Shown: positions 17,341-27,324 of the stretch, in pieces | How positions within the stretch are numbered: the first letter of the stretch is position 1 | Layout: every line of letters begins with the position of its first letter | NCBI GenBank assembly: GCA_040755855.1 | Contig: JBFMAD010000006.1 | Location: 64,001-128,000, forward strand | From: Planctomycetota bacterium | GTDB lineage: Bacteria; Planctomycetota; Brocadiia; JAADGH01 | Length of the DNA stretch: 64,000 nt | Direction: 5' to 3' | The notes under the pieces: model-generated | Seen by the model: only the letters and a program-made list of their open reading frames with translations | Told to the model about the DNA's origin: nothing | Databases searched by the model: none | Translations under genes and position numbers: made by a program

Positions 17341-17504
17341 TGTAATTGGACCGGGTTTAGATAGTTAAGGGAACGTCCCCCAAACCAACCTGTTGCAAAC
17401 GAGAACGGATGTTGTTACACTGGTTTTAAAACGGGGGATGCGCTGGGAGCGGCAGGCAACTCCACATCACGACAGGGCGCGTGGAGACAAATCAACGGCG
17501 TGAG

Positions 17505-18971
17505 ATGAAAAACATGAACCGACGGCAATTTCTCAAGACCGGCGGAGCGCTGGTCAGCGGACTGGCGGCGATCCGCCCCATTCTCGGCCAGGATAACCAA
17601 GCGAAAAAGCGTCCTGACATCCTCTTCATCGCCATCGAGGACGTGAGTCCACATCGCTTCGGCTGTTATGGCGGCAAGGTGGCGAAGACGCCGAACATGG
17701 ATCGCTTCGCCGCCGGGGGCATCCGCTTCGCCGAGACCCATACAAACCCGCCTTGCTGCCCATCCCGCACGGCCCTGTTCCTCGGCCTGCGCCCGGACAC
17801 GACGAAGGTCTATGGCAACAACGACAACTGGGCCGAGCTGTGCCCCGACGCCCTCTCCATGCCGGAGCACTTGCGCAACAACGGCTACGAGACGATTCGC
17901 TGTGGGAAGATGTTTCACGGCGGCAGCGGAAGCGGCGCCTTCGAGAGGGACGCCTGCTGGAGCAAGATCGTCAACCCATCCGAGGGCATGCCCGAGCGGA
18001 AGAAGACGCGCCGCCCCGCCGAAGGTCCCGGCGTGGAATACGCAAAGGAGCGAAAGCAGGCACAGAAGAAGGGAAAGGCCAAGAGTCACGGCTCGCCCTT
18101 CATCTACGGCCCCACGGGACTGGCCGGCGAGGAGGAACTCGACGGCATGGTCGCCTCCCAGGGCATCCGCCTCCTGAACGAGAAGCAGGACAAGCCGATC
18201 CTCCTGGCCCTGGGGATGCACGCCACACACCTGCCATTCTGCTGCCCTGACAAATACTTTGAGATGTATCCCTGGCAGGAGATGCAGATCCCCAGGAACC
18301 CCGACGCCGGGCCGGACGGCATGCCGAAGGACCCCAAGGTTCTCAGCCAGCAGAACCCTTATACGATCGAGCAATGGAAGAAGGCCATTGCCGGGCATTA
18401 CGCCTGCCTGTCGTTCGTGGATGCGCAGATCGGCCGCGTGCTCGATGCGCTGGAGAAGTCGGGGCGGAAGGAGAACACCATCGTCGTCATCTGGAGCGAC
18501 CATGGCTTCATGCTTGGCGAGCACTTCATGTGGCGCAAAGGCCCGCTCCGCGACGAGAGCACGATGTCCGCGCTCCTGATGCAGGCGCCCGGCGTGACGA
18601 AGGCCGGGAGCGTGTGCAAGCGGCCGGTGGAGACGATTGACATCTTTCCTACAATTTTCGATGTCTGCGGCGTCTCCCAGCCCGAGGGGATCGAGGCCAT
18701 GAGCATGAGGCGGCTCCTCGAAACCCCCGGCGCGCCGTGGAAGAAGGGCGCACTTATGCACGGGGGCAGGAAGGGGCGGAGCATCTGCACGGAGAAGTGG
18801 CGTTATAATGAGTACGAGGGCGCCCCCGACCAAACCGAGCTGTTCGACCAGGCCGCCGATCCCGGTGAATTTGCCAACCTCGCCCAAGATCCCAAACACA
18901 CCGAGACGGTCAAGGAACTCAGCGCCTTTCTGCGGGGCGGATGGAAGGCGTGCCTGCCGGAGGGGACGTGA
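17505..18971 (+). CDS. Tat-exported sulfatase (formylglycine type, iduronate/choline-sulfatase-like)
   Basis: NRRQFLK Tat motif; CCPSR (CxPxR); GKMFH; WSDHG. Confidence 0.93.
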   Translation: MKNMNRRQFLKTGGALVSGLAAIRPILGQDNQAKKRPDILFIAIEDVSPHRFGCYGGKVAKTPNMDRFAAGGIRFAETHTNPPCCPSRTALFLGLRPDTTKVYGNNDNWAELCPDALSMPEHLRNNGYETIRCGKMFHGGSGSGAFERDACWSKIVNPSEGMPERKKTRRPAEGPGVEYAKERKQAQKKGKAKSHGSPFIYGPTGLAGEEELDGMVASQGIRLLNEKQDKPILLALGMHATHLPFCCPDKYFEMYPWQEMQIPRNPDAGPDGMPKDPKVLSQQNPYTIEQWKKAIAGHYACLSFVDAQIGRVLDALEKSGRKENTIVVIWSDHGFMLGEHFMWRKGPLRDESTMSALLMQAPGVTKAGSVCKRPVETIDIFPTIFDVCGVSQPEGIEAMSMRRLLETPGAPWKKGALMHGGRKGRSICTEKWRYNEYEGAPDQTELFDQAADPGEFANLAQDPKHTETVKELSAFLRGGWKACLPEGT

Positions 18972-18984
18972 TACGTGGATGAAC

Positions 18985-19040
18985 TGGAGTATTGAGACGT
19001 TGGAGTATCAGGATGTTGGAATATTGGAGAAATGGAATTT
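18985..19040 (+). repeat. Seven degenerate octamers (TGGAGTAT)n
   Basis: TGGAGTAT TGAGACGT TGGAGTAT CAGGATGT TGGAATAT TGGAGAAA TGGAATTT. Confidence 0.65.
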
Positions 19041-19090
19041 CTGCGGTAACTCCGCAGTGCGAAAGCGATGGCGCAGAGGACTTGTTGCTT

Positions 19091-20452
19091 GTGCAGCGTC
19101 ATTCCAGGTGCAAGTTGTTCATTGTAACCGCGGTTGCGGCCTTCGTCATCTACAACCTCAACTTCCGCACTATTACCCAAGTGGATACCGTCCCGGCTGG
19201 ATATGTCGCATGGGCGCTGCTGCACGGACAGGGCTTTGACCTAAGCGTTTACATGGCGAACCCGGCGCACCTGGCCGAGTACGCCAACCAGGTGGTCCAT
19301 CGGGGCAGGGGTGACCGGTGGGTATCCAAGTACCCCCCTGGCAGCGCAATCCTCGCGCTGCCGTTTTACGGTGCGGCATGCCTCTTCTCACGCGATATGC
19401 CGTCCTCCCGTTCGGCCATGAATCGTCTGGGCAAACAAGTCGCGGCATTCTATTGCGCTTTGGCGACGGCGTTCTTTCTGCTTGTGGTTGCACGTTCCTT
19501 CCCGTCCGCGGCGGTTCCAGCGGCCGTGCTATTCGGATTCGGCACCTGTGTCTGGAGCACGGCCAGTCAGGCGCTCTGGACACACGGGCCGGCCGTATGT
19601 TGTATATGCGTGGGTTTATGGTTCCTGCTCAGCGAACGCGAAGACACGCCTCCCCGGTCCGCTTTCCTGGGAGGACTTGCGCTGGGCATGGGTATCCTGT
19701 GCCGTCCGAGCGTGGCGATCCTGTTGCTGGGGGCAGGGGCGGGGCTGGCAATTGCCCGCCAGTGGAAAGCGGTTGCCGGTCTCTGTCTTGGCGCTGCGGC
19801 CCCCGTCTCAGGGCTGGTGCTCTATAATCTACATTACACCGCCTCAACGATGTCGGGCGGATATGGAAAAGAAGCAAGCATGTGGAGCACGCCGCTCTGG
19901 CTGGGATTGGCGGGACTGACGATAGCGCCGTCGCGCGGGCTTTTTGTCTTTACGCCTGCGGCAATTGTTTCGCTTTTCGGCGCGGCAGAACTCATCCGGA
20001 GGCGATTGAACGTAACAGACTGCACACGTTGGATTCTTCTGGGGCTCGGCTGTGGGGCGGGGCTGACGATTGTGGTTTACGCCAAATGGCACTGCTGGTC
20101 GGGTGCATGGTGTTATGGTCCACGGTTTCTGACAGAAATCATGCCTGTAGTGTGTCTGTTCTTTGCGGCGGGGTATGCACGGCTGCCATCGTTGCTCGCG
20201 CGCCGTCTGGCGATAGTTCTGGTGGGTCTGTCGGTATTCATTCACACCCTTGGTGTGGCCGCCGACGGGCGGTTTTGGCATTCGCGGCACTACGTAGGCA
20301 AACACGCTACCGACCTGTTCCGCCTGGAAGACAATCAGATTGGGGCGTACCTTCGTTACCTCGTCGAAAAATCGCAGAAGATGATCTCCGGAGAGAACGG
20401 AAAAGAAGACCGTCAGCCGCGTCTTAATGAAAACGGCGTAAGTTCACCGTAA
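19091..20452 (+). CDS. Polytopic membrane protein, probable GT-C (ArnT/PMT-like) glycosyltransferase
   Basis: Many TM helices; SKYPPG, PSRGLFVFTP, YGPRFL motifs; start uncertain. Confidence 0.75.
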   Translation: MQRHSRCKLFIVTAVAAFVIYNLNFRTITQVDTVPAGYVAWALLHGQGFDLSVYMANPAHLAEYANQVVHRGRGDRWVSKYPPGSAILALPFYGAACLFSRDMPSSRSAMNRLGKQVAAFYCALATAFFLLVVARSFPSAAVPAAVLFGFGTCVWSTASQALWTHGPAVCCICVGLWFLLSEREDTPPRSAFLGGLALGMGILCRPSVAILLLGAGAGLAIARQWKAVAGLCLGAAAPVSGLVLYNLHYTASTMSGGYGKEASMWSTPLWLGLAGLTIAPSRGLFVFTPAAIVSLFGAAELIRRRLNVTDCTRWILLGLGCGAGLTIVVYAKWHCWSGAWCYGPRFLTEIMPVVCLFFAAGYARLPSLLARRLAIVLVGLSVFIHTLGVAADGRFWHSRHYVGKHATDLFRLEDNQIGAYLRYLVEKSQKMISGENGKEDRQPRLNENGVSSP

Positions 20453-20672
20453 GATCACGCACTCCGAGAGGGGGAACATTGAATGACCGGGACTTTGATA
20501 AATATTCATGCCGCGGCGAACCTTTTTTCTTGCGCTCGATCTTTCTGCCTATCCTCCGTCCGCGAACATATTCTGAGTTGTTTTTTGCGGCGGAGATGAA
20601 ACCTTGCCCCGCATATCAGTGTATAACCAGAAACAAGTGCTGTTCCATGCAAATCTTTTTGGAGGATGCGCG

Positions 20673-22877
20673 ATGCGAAAGAACGCCTTCGCCTTGCTGC
20701 TAATCATGGCCCTGTCCGCCGCCGTTGTCGCTCAGGAGGCCCCGAATCCCATCGAACGGATCATGCCCGCCGACGCCCTTGTATTCGTGCAGATCAAGGA
20801 CTTCACCGGCATGAGCAAGGCCTTTGAGGAGACGCTCGTCGCCAAGACGATCAATGAGTCGGAGATGCTCGACGCGGCCCGCGACGCGCTCATTGATGTC
20901 ACCCGATTCTTCTGCGCGTATGCAATGGACATCACCTATGCCGACCTGAAGGAGATCGTGGGGACGAACGTGGCCATCGCCGTGTTCGAGGGGACCGATC
21001 CCCGCGCCACAGCACCGGCGGTGGTTGTGATGGACATCTCCAGGGCGAAGGAGAAGTTTCAGTCGCTCCTGAACCAGAAGATCAAGCCAAAACTCGCCGC
21101 CATCGGCGGGGCGGAGATCTTCGGTCAGACCACCATCGGCGATAAGACGGTGGAGAGCATCAAGGGGCCGAAGGGCCAGACAGTATATTTCGCAATAATG
21201 AATGACGTGTTCGCCTTCGGCACCCTCGACGGGATGAAGAAGCTGATGGTCGCCGATGCGCCGCGGCTCGCGGAGAGTCCCGGCTACAAGGCCGTCAAGG
21301 CGGCGGTGGATGCGCCGACGGGGGTGACGGCCTACCTCAACGTCGAGGCTCTATGGGGACACTTCGAGACGGAATGGCAGCACGCCCCAACGGAGAAGGC
21401 GGGCTTCGACGCCCTCGGCATTACCACCGTCAAGGCCATCGGCGCCTCGACGAAGTTCGAGGGCCAGGGCATGGGCGACAAGTTCTTCGTCTACACCGGT
21501 CCGGAACGGACGGGCCTGTTGAATCACTTCGCCTCGCAGCCGCCGCAGGCGCCGAAGAGCGACGCCCTCGTGCCCAAGGAGTACGCCCTCTACGCCCGGC
21601 TGCTTACGGGCGGGGGCATAAAGTTATGGGAGGCGTTTAAGGAACTGCTACGCCAGACCGAAGGGGAGCAGGCCATCATGGGCATCGAGCAGATGCGCCT
21701 CGTCGTCCAGCAGCAGGCTATGGTGGATGTGGAGCAGGATATTTTCGCCCAGTTCGGCAACGAGGCCTTCGTCGCAGTGGATCTGAGCGGCCTGACGTTC
21801 GACCGCAAGCCGCGATTCACCGATTTCAATTTCGTCTTCGGCATGGAGGCGTCCGACCCTGTCCGGCTGCAAGGATCTATTGCGCAGCTTTGGCTCGCCC
21901 CCATGCTGGCGGATCAGGGAATCGCCGTGGACAGCTTCGACCACAACGGAACGACGGTGTACGTCGTCGGCCTGCCGAGGGCGCCGATGGTTCGCCCGAC
22001 GTATGCCTTCATCAACGGCTTCTTCATTTTTTCACTCAAGACGGAGCCGATCCAACAGGTCATTGACACGGTGAAGGCCGGGACGCCCCTGGCCAAGAAG
22101 GAGGACTACACGTCGGTCATGGGCAAGCTCCCCGCCGAGTCGAACCTGTCGGCCTATCTGGATGTGGGCGGCCTGGCGCGGGCGCTCGTGGCGGCGCTCG
22201 GTCCGAGGGCCCCGGCGAAGGCCAAGCCCTTCATTCCCGTCCTCACCGCGATCGCGGAAAAACTGACCGGCATGGGGCTGGCGGCAAAGGGCGTGGACAA
22301 CGGGATCATGCTCGAGAGCCGCTCGCCCATCGGCGGTCCCACATTCGTGCTTGCTGTGGCCTCCATCGCGGAATTGGGCAAGCCGTCCGGTCAGCGAACT
22401 CTGGAGGAGGCCCAAAAACGGCTCACGAAGGTGGAGAGGGCGATCCAGCAGTATAAGCAGCGCACGGGACGGTATCCGGCCTCGCTTGCGGAGCTGACGC
22501 CGAAGCCCTTGAAGAATCTACCGCTCGATCCCTTCGCCACGGACGGTCGCACGTTCCAGTATCTCTCAACCACTCGCCCTGCCCCCGCGCCACCCCCCCC
22601 GGCCGCGGGCGCTCCGGCCGCGCAGCCCCAGCCCCAGCCGCAACCGCCTCCCGCCGGGCCGAGCATGTTTATGCTCTGGAGCGTCGGGCCAGACGGCAAA
22701 CAGGACATCTCTCCCGACGAGATGACCATCGAGCAGTGGAAGGCAAAGGTTGATTCCAATGCACCGGCCGATGTTGACTTCCTGAAGGCAAAGATATGGC
22801 AATACAAGAAGGAAGTCAACGCGGATGAACAGGATTCTTACGACGAAGGGGATATGATGAAGGGGAGCGATAAGTAA
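20673..22877 (+). CDS. Secreted DUF3352-like protein with C-terminal GspG-like domain
   Basis: GGAGG SD, signal peptide; C-terminus YKQRTGRYPASLAEL...DPF...WSVGPDG. Confidence 0.75.
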   Translation: MRKNAFALLLIMALSAAVVAQEAPNPIERIMPADALVFVQIKDFTGMSKAFEETLVAKTINESEMLDAARDALIDVTRFFCAYAMDITYADLKEIVGTNVAIAVFEGTDPRATAPAVVVMDISRAKEKFQSLLNQKIKPKLAAIGGAEIFGQTTIGDKTVESIKGPKGQTVYFAIMNDVFAFGTLDGMKKLMVADAPRLAESPGYKAVKAAVDAPTGVTAYLNVEALWGHFETEWQHAPTEKAGFDALGITTVKAIGASTKFEGQGMGDKFFVYTGPERTGLLNHFASQPPQAPKSDALVPKEYALYARLLTGGGIKLWEAFKELLRQTEGEQAIMGIEQMRLVVQQQAMVDVEQDIFAQFGNEAFVAVDLSGLTFDRKPRFTDFNFVFGMEASDPVRLQGSIAQLWLAPMLADQGIAVDSFDHNGTTVYVVGLPRAPMVRPTYAFINGFFIFSLKTEPIQQVIDTVKAGTPLAKKEDYTSVMGKLPAESNLSAYLDVGGLARALVAALGPRAPAKAKPFIPVLTAIAEKLTGMGLAAKGVDNGIMLESRSPIGGPTFVLAVASIAELGKPSGQRTLEEAQKRLTKVERAIQQYKQRTGRYPASLAELTPKPLKNLPLDPFATDGRTFQYLSTTRPAPAPPPPAAGAPAAQPQPQPQPPPAGPSMFMLWSVGPDGKQDISPDEMTIEQWKAKVDSNAPADVDFLKAKIWQYKKEVNADEQDSYDEGDMMKGSDK

Positions 22878-22893
22878 TCTCGTCGCCAAATCG

Positions 22894-22930
22894 CGCCACG
22901 CACGGCCCCGGCCGTGCGTGGCGTTTTTTT
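22894..22930 (+). terminator. Intrinsic terminator
   Basis: CGCCACGCACGGCC-CC-GGCCGTGCGTGGCG followed by T7. Confidence 0.85.
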
Positions 22931-24263
22931 ATTCGCCGTTGCTCTTGAGATGCCGCGCCAGTTCCCTCGCCCGCGCGAGGGCCTCGTCGCGGGTGGTCAG
23001 TTTCTCGTCCAGTTGTTCCTCCTCGATGTTCGAGAGGATTTTGGAGAACATCGGCCCCTGCTTCAGTCCCAGAGCGATCAGGTCGTGTCCGTCAATCAGG
23101 GGCGGCGGCTTCACTCGCTCCTCGCCGAGTTCCGCCCGCTTCCGCACACAGAAATTGTAGCTCGTCAAGTCGCCGCCGCTGGCGAGGGCGTCCACGCGAT
23201 GAAGTTCCAATAGCTCCGGAAACGCGGGATGGGCCAACAGCCGCTTCAGGGTGCTGAGGCGCATGTTCTCCACGTCCTTGAAACACATGTGCCGCTTCAC
23301 CAGATAGACGATGCAGTCGCGCGACTCGTTGGACATCTTGAGCCGCCGGCAGATGTCAGAGGCAAGTTCGGCCCCCACCGCCTCGTGGCCCGGGTATCGG
23401 ATTCGGTCTTCCACCACGATCGTGCGCGGCTTCCCTATATCATGGAGCAGCACGCCCCAGGCCAGTTCGGGCGACGGGTCCTTCAGATGCGAGAGCATGA
23501 GGAGGACATGCTGGAACAGGTCGCCCTCGGGATGCAAGTTCGGCGGCTGCGCCACGCCTACCATGTCGGAGACCTCCGGCAGGATGTGGCGAAGCAGGCC
23601 GAGTTCCTCCATGAGACGAATGCCTCGCTCGCGGCCGTCGCTGACGAGGATTTTCTTCATCTCCTCTGCAATACGCTCGGCGCTGACGATCTTGATCTTC
23701 TCCGCCAGGTCGCGGATGGCCGCGGCGGTCTCCGGCTCGATGTCAAAGCCCAGCCGCGCGGCGAACCGGACGGCGCGGAGGAGGCGCAGGTGGTCCTCCG
23801 CGAAGCGATCTCGCGGGTCGCCGATGGCCCGGACGAGCCTGGCCTCAATATCGGCCCTCCCCCCCACGAGGTCAATCAGTTTGTCGGCAACGGGATCGTA
23901 GAGGAGGGCGTTGATCGTGAAGTCACGCCGGCGGACGTCCCCCTCCGCGTCGGTGAATGTCACCGTCTCCGGGCGGCGGCCGTCCACATAGTCCCCATCG
24001 GCGCGGAAGGTGGCGACCTCGATCTGCACGCCGTCTTCCACGACGATGACGACTCCGAAGTGCGCCCCGACGAGCTTGCTCGGCTTGAAGAGCGACTTCA
24101 CATCGTCCGGCGTGGCGTCGGTGGCGACGTCAATGTCGGTGGGCGGCTCGCCGCGGATCATGTCGCGCACGCCGCCGCCGACGAAGTATGCCTGGTAGCC
24201 CCGGCGCTGCAGCTTGCGCACGATCTCGGTGGCGATTCGCTCGCAGTCGGTCCTCTTCTTCAT
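22929..24263 (-). CDS. cca: CCA tRNA nucleotidyltransferase with HD domain
   Basis: VGGGVRD, DIDVAT, RRDFTINAL, EDHLRLLRAVRF, LLHDIGK. Confidence 0.92.
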   Translation of the reverse strand: MKKRTDCERIATEIVRKLQRRGYQAYFVGGGVRDMIRGEPPTDIDVATDATPDDVKSLFKPSKLVGAHFGVVIVVEDGVQIEVATFRADGDYVDGRRPETVTFTDAEGDVRRRDFTINALLYDPVADKLIDLVGGRADIEARLVRAIGDPRDRFAEDHLRLLRAVRFAARLGFDIEPETAAAIRDLAEKIKIVSAERIAEEMKKILVSDGRERGIRLMEELGLLRHILPEVSDMVGVAQPPNLHPEGDLFQHVLLMLSHLKDPSPELAWGVLLHDIGKPRTIVVEDRIRYPGHEAVGAELASDICRRLKMSNESRDCIVYLVKRHMCFKDVENMRLSTLKRLLAHPAFPELLELHRVDALASGGDLTSYNFCVRKRAELGEERVKPPPLIDGHDLIALGLKQGPMFSKILSNIEEEQLDEKLTTRDEALARARELARHLKSNGE

Positions 24264-25687
24264 GCTTCTCTTGTCTTGTCGGAGACCTGGCGCTTGATCT
24301 CGCGGACCAGTTGCTTGAACTGGCGGCCTCGATCTACGAAATTGCGAAACATGTCGTAGCTGGCGCAGCCCGTGGAGAGGAGGACCGCATCGCCGCTCTT
24401 CGCCTCCTCGAAGGCGCACCAGACGGCCTCCGGAAATGTCGTCTCGTGATACATCGAGGGGGTTTCGGTGCTGTGCCTATGCTCCTCCACGAGGGCGCCG
24501 ATCTTCTCGGCGGTCTTTCCGATGAGGATGACGCACTTCACCCGCTCGGCGATCTTTTTCGCAAAGGCGCCGAAGGGCGACCCTTTGTCGTATCCGCCCG
24601 CAATCAGGACGATGGGCCGGTCTATGGCATCGAGGGCCGCGATGGCCGATTCCGGGGTGGTGGCAATGGAGTCGTTATAGAACCGAACGTCGTTGATCTC
24701 TTCAAAGAATTCAAGGCGGTGCTCCAACCCCTTGAATTCCCCGGCTGCGGCTTCGATCTGTTCCCGCTTCGCCCCCGCCGCGCGGGCTGCGATAGCCGCC
24801 GCTGCGATGTTCTGGCGATTGTGCTTCCCCGGAATCTGAACGCCTCGCAGGGAGACGACCTCCTCGCGCTTCCCGGCGCGAAGGATCAATTCGTCGCCGC
24901 GGACAAACGCCCCCTCCTCGACTTCCTCCTCCACGCTGAAGAACAACGGGCGGCTCTTCAGGCCCTTATCCGCCCAGGCGCGCAGCTCCGGATCGTCCCA
25001 GTTCAGGATCGCAAAGTCGCCATTCTTCTGGTTGACGACGATCCCCTTCTTCGCCGCGATGTATTCGTCCATCGTGCCGTGGCGGTCGAGGTGATTCGGC
25101 GCGATGTTGGTCACGACGGCCACATGGGGGCTGCGGCCGATCTGCTGGAGGTCCTCGAGTTGGAAGCTGGACAGCTCGAGCACGACCATGTCCTCCTCTG
25201 CGATCTTGTGCGCCTCGGGCAGCAGGGCCTGGCCGATGTTTCCGCCGAGCCATACCGTCCGCTTCCCCTTGGACAGCATGGCATGTACCAGGGCGGTGGT
25301 GGTGGATTTGCCATTCGACCCCGTGATTCCCACAATGGGCGCCGGGCAGAGTTGGAAAAAGATATTCATTTCTGCGAAAAGTGGGACCCCGTGCTCGCGC
25401 GCCAGCCGCAGGTATGGAGAGGTCTTCGGCACCGCCGGGTTGACCACCACGAGGTCCACCTTCGTGAAATCCTGCTCGCGGTGCCCGCCCAGGTGGAGCG
25501 AGACGGGGAGTCCCTTGAGCTTCTCGATGGATTCCTTGAGATCGGCCGAGGCCTTCAGGTCCGTAACAATAACTTCCGCCCCCTGGTCCACGAGAAACCG
25601 CGTCACGCCCACGCCGCCCTCGAAGAGGCCCAGCCCCATGACGGTGACCTTCTTTCCCCGGAAAAAGTCGCGCGTTATCTCCTGCAT
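24260..25687 (-). CDS. murD: UDP-N-acetylmuramoyl-L-alanine--D-glutamate ligase
   Basis: GITGSNGKSTT, GGNIG, ELSSFQLE, NHLDRH, EHRLE, NDSIAT, GGYDKG. Confidence 0.95.
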   Translation of the reverse strand: MQEITRDFFRGKKVTVMGLGLFEGGVGVTRFLVDQGAEVIVTDLKASADLKESIEKLKGLPVSLHLGGHREQDFTKVDLVVVNPAVPKTSPYLRLAREHGVPLFAEMNIFFQLCPAPIVGITGSNGKSTTTALVHAMLSKGKRTVWLGGNIGQALLPEAHKIAEEDMVVLELSSFQLEDLQQIGRSPHVAVVTNIAPNHLDRHGTMDEYIAAKKGIVVNQKNGDFAILNWDDPELRAWADKGLKSRPLFFSVEEEVEEGAFVRGDELILRAGKREEVVSLRGVQIPGKHNRQNIAAAAIAARAAGAKREQIEAAAGEFKGLEHRLEFFEEINDVRFYNDSIATTPESAIAALDAIDRPIVLIAGGYDKGSPFGAFAKKIAERVKCVILIGKTAEKIGALVEEHRHSTETPSMYHETTFPEAVWCAFEEAKSGDAVLLSTGCASYDMFRNFVDRGRQFKQLVREIKRQVSDKTREA

Positions 25688-26631
25688 CGCCCGAATCTCA
25701 CCGCGTTGATTTGGTCGTTCAGCTCCCGCGTCGCCTCGGCTGCAGCCTCTTGCCACTTGGCCTCGCCGAATCGCTGTTTGTATGGTTCCGATTGATAGGC
25801 ATAGTCAATGGACCTCGCCGCGGCGATCAGCGCGCCGTGACCGTTTCCATCGAAGCACTCGCCGAGCGTCGTCACGTCGCCCTCCTGCGCGCCGACGCCG
25901 GGCATGAGGAAGATGGTCCTCGGAAGAATCGCCCGGAGGCGTCGTGCGTCGTCGGGATATGTGGCGCCGACGACCGCCCCCACTGAACTGTATCCGCGCC
26001 TTCCGAGGAGCGGTTCGCCCCATCGGCCCACAAGGTCGGCCATGATTTCATAAATCCTTTTGCCGCCGGAGGTTATATCCTGTAGGTCGGCGGCGGATGG
26101 GTTCGATGTTCGAACCAGAATGAACATCCCCCTGCCGCGTTTTGCCGCCACGTCGAGGAACGGTTTGACGCCGTCGCTGCCCAGGTAGGCGTTCACAGTG
26201 ACGGCGTCGAGGCCGATGGGTTCGCTCTCCTTTCCCTTCCAGGCCACCGTCCCCATGAGGCCGTCGGCGTAGGCCTGGACGGTGGAGCCGATGTCGCTGC
26301 GCTTGACGTCCCCGATGACGATGAGACCTTTCGCTTTTGCGTATTTTACCGTCTCGCAAAATGCGCGGAACCCCTGCCAGCCGAAGCGCTCGTAGTAGGC
26401 TACTTGCGGCTTGACCGCGGGAACGAGGTCGGCGATCGCGTCTATCAAGTCCTTGCCGAACTGCTCAATCGCCGCGGCGCATGCTTCGAGCGAATCCTTT
26501 GCGCCGCCGGACGCCTTCCCTTTAATGAGATTCGGGATCAGATCAATGCGCGGATCAATCCCCACGACGAGGCAACTATTCTTCTTTTCGACCTCGCCGA
26601 TAAGCCGGTCGGCGAAATTCTGCGCGCTCAT
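25675..26631 (-). CDS. pyrF: Orotidine-5'-phosphate decarboxylase
   Basis: VGIDP, KPQVAYYE, DVKRSDIGST, RTSNP, PGVGAQ. Confidence 0.95.
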   Translation of the reverse strand: MSAQNFADRLIGEVEKKNSCLVVGIDPRIDLIPNLIKGKASGGAKDSLEACAAAIEQFGKDLIDAIADLVPAVKPQVAYYERFGWQGFRAFCETVKYAKAKGLIVIGDVKRSDIGSTVQAYADGLMGTVAWKGKESEPIGLDAVTVNAYLGSDGVKPFLDVAAKRGRGMFILVRTSNPSAADLQDITSGGKRIYEIMADLVGRWGEPLLGRRGYSSVGAVVGATYPDDARRLRAILPRTIFLMPGVGAQEGDVTTLGECFDGNGHGALIAAARSIDYAYQSEPYKQRFGEAKWQEAAAEATRELNDQINAVRFGRCRR

Positions 26632-26633
26632 CG

Positions 26634-27209
26634 TCAAGCTTTCATCTCCAGAAAATTCTTCAACAGCTTCGGCCCCTCATCGGTGAGAAAGGACTCGGGA
26701 TGGAATTGCACCCCTTCAAGGGGGAATGTCTTATGCCGCATGCCCATGAGTTCGTCCTGGTTGTCGGCGACGCGGGCGGTGGCGACGAATCCCTCCGGCA
26801 TGGCGTCCTCGGGAACGATCAGCGAGTGATATCGCGTCGCCTCGAACGGATTGGCCAGTCCCTTGAAGATGGTCTTGCCGTCGTGTTGGATCATGGACGT
26901 CTTCCCGTGCATCAGGCGCTTCGCCCGAACGACCTTCCCCCCGAAGGCGTGGGACATGCACTGGTGCCCCAGGCAGACCCCGAGGATGGGGACCTTCCCC
27001 GCGAAGTGTCGGATCACGTCGTTCGAGATGCCGGACTCGAGCGGCGTGCACGGGCCGGGCGAGATGATGATATGGTCCGGCCTGCGCGCCTCGATCTCTT
27101 CGACGGTGATCTTGTCATTCCGATACACCTCCAGCGTCGCCCCCAACTCCCCGAGGCGCTGGACGAGGTTGTAGGTGAACGAATCGTAGTTATCAATCAC
27201 CAGGATCAT
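26634..27209 (-). CDS. trpG: Anthranilate/aminodeoxychorismate synthase component II (TrpG/PabA)
   Basis: IDNYDSFTYNL, SPGP, GVCLGHQ, RYHSL, QFHPES. Confidence 0.93.
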   Translation of the reverse strand: MILVIDNYDSFTYNLVQRLGELGATLEVYRNDKITVEEIEARRPDHIIISPGPCTPLESGISNDVIRHFAGKVPILGVCLGHQCMSHAFGGKVVRAKRLMHGKTSMIQHDGKTIFKGLANPFEATRYHSLIVPEDAMPEGFVATARVADNQDELMGMRHKTFPLEGVQFHPESFLTDEGPKLLKNFLEMKA

Positions 27210-27261
27210 AAGCCTACCTCAACGTCAGGTTGGTTTCATGATTGCGGCCGATCAGGATTAG

Positions 27262-27312
27262 TCATTCGCGGCGAAACAGCCACGAGCGTCTTTCCTTTTT
27301 GGCATACGCCAT
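27262..27312 (-). CDS. Putative 16-aa leader peptide MAYAKKERRSWLFRRE
   Basis: TAAGGAG SD 8 nt before ATG; lies just upstream of trpG/pabA. Confidence 0.35.
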   Translation of the reverse strand: MAYAKKERRSWLFRRE

Positions 27313-27324
27313 GCCCGAATCTCC

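Noticed and set aside
22570..22660. Pro/Gln-rich CAGCCC repeats
   Set aside because: In-frame low-complexity linker inside a CDS.
24260..25687. murD outside a dcw cluster
   Set aside because: Dispersed peptidoglycan genes are unremarkable in PVC-type genomes.
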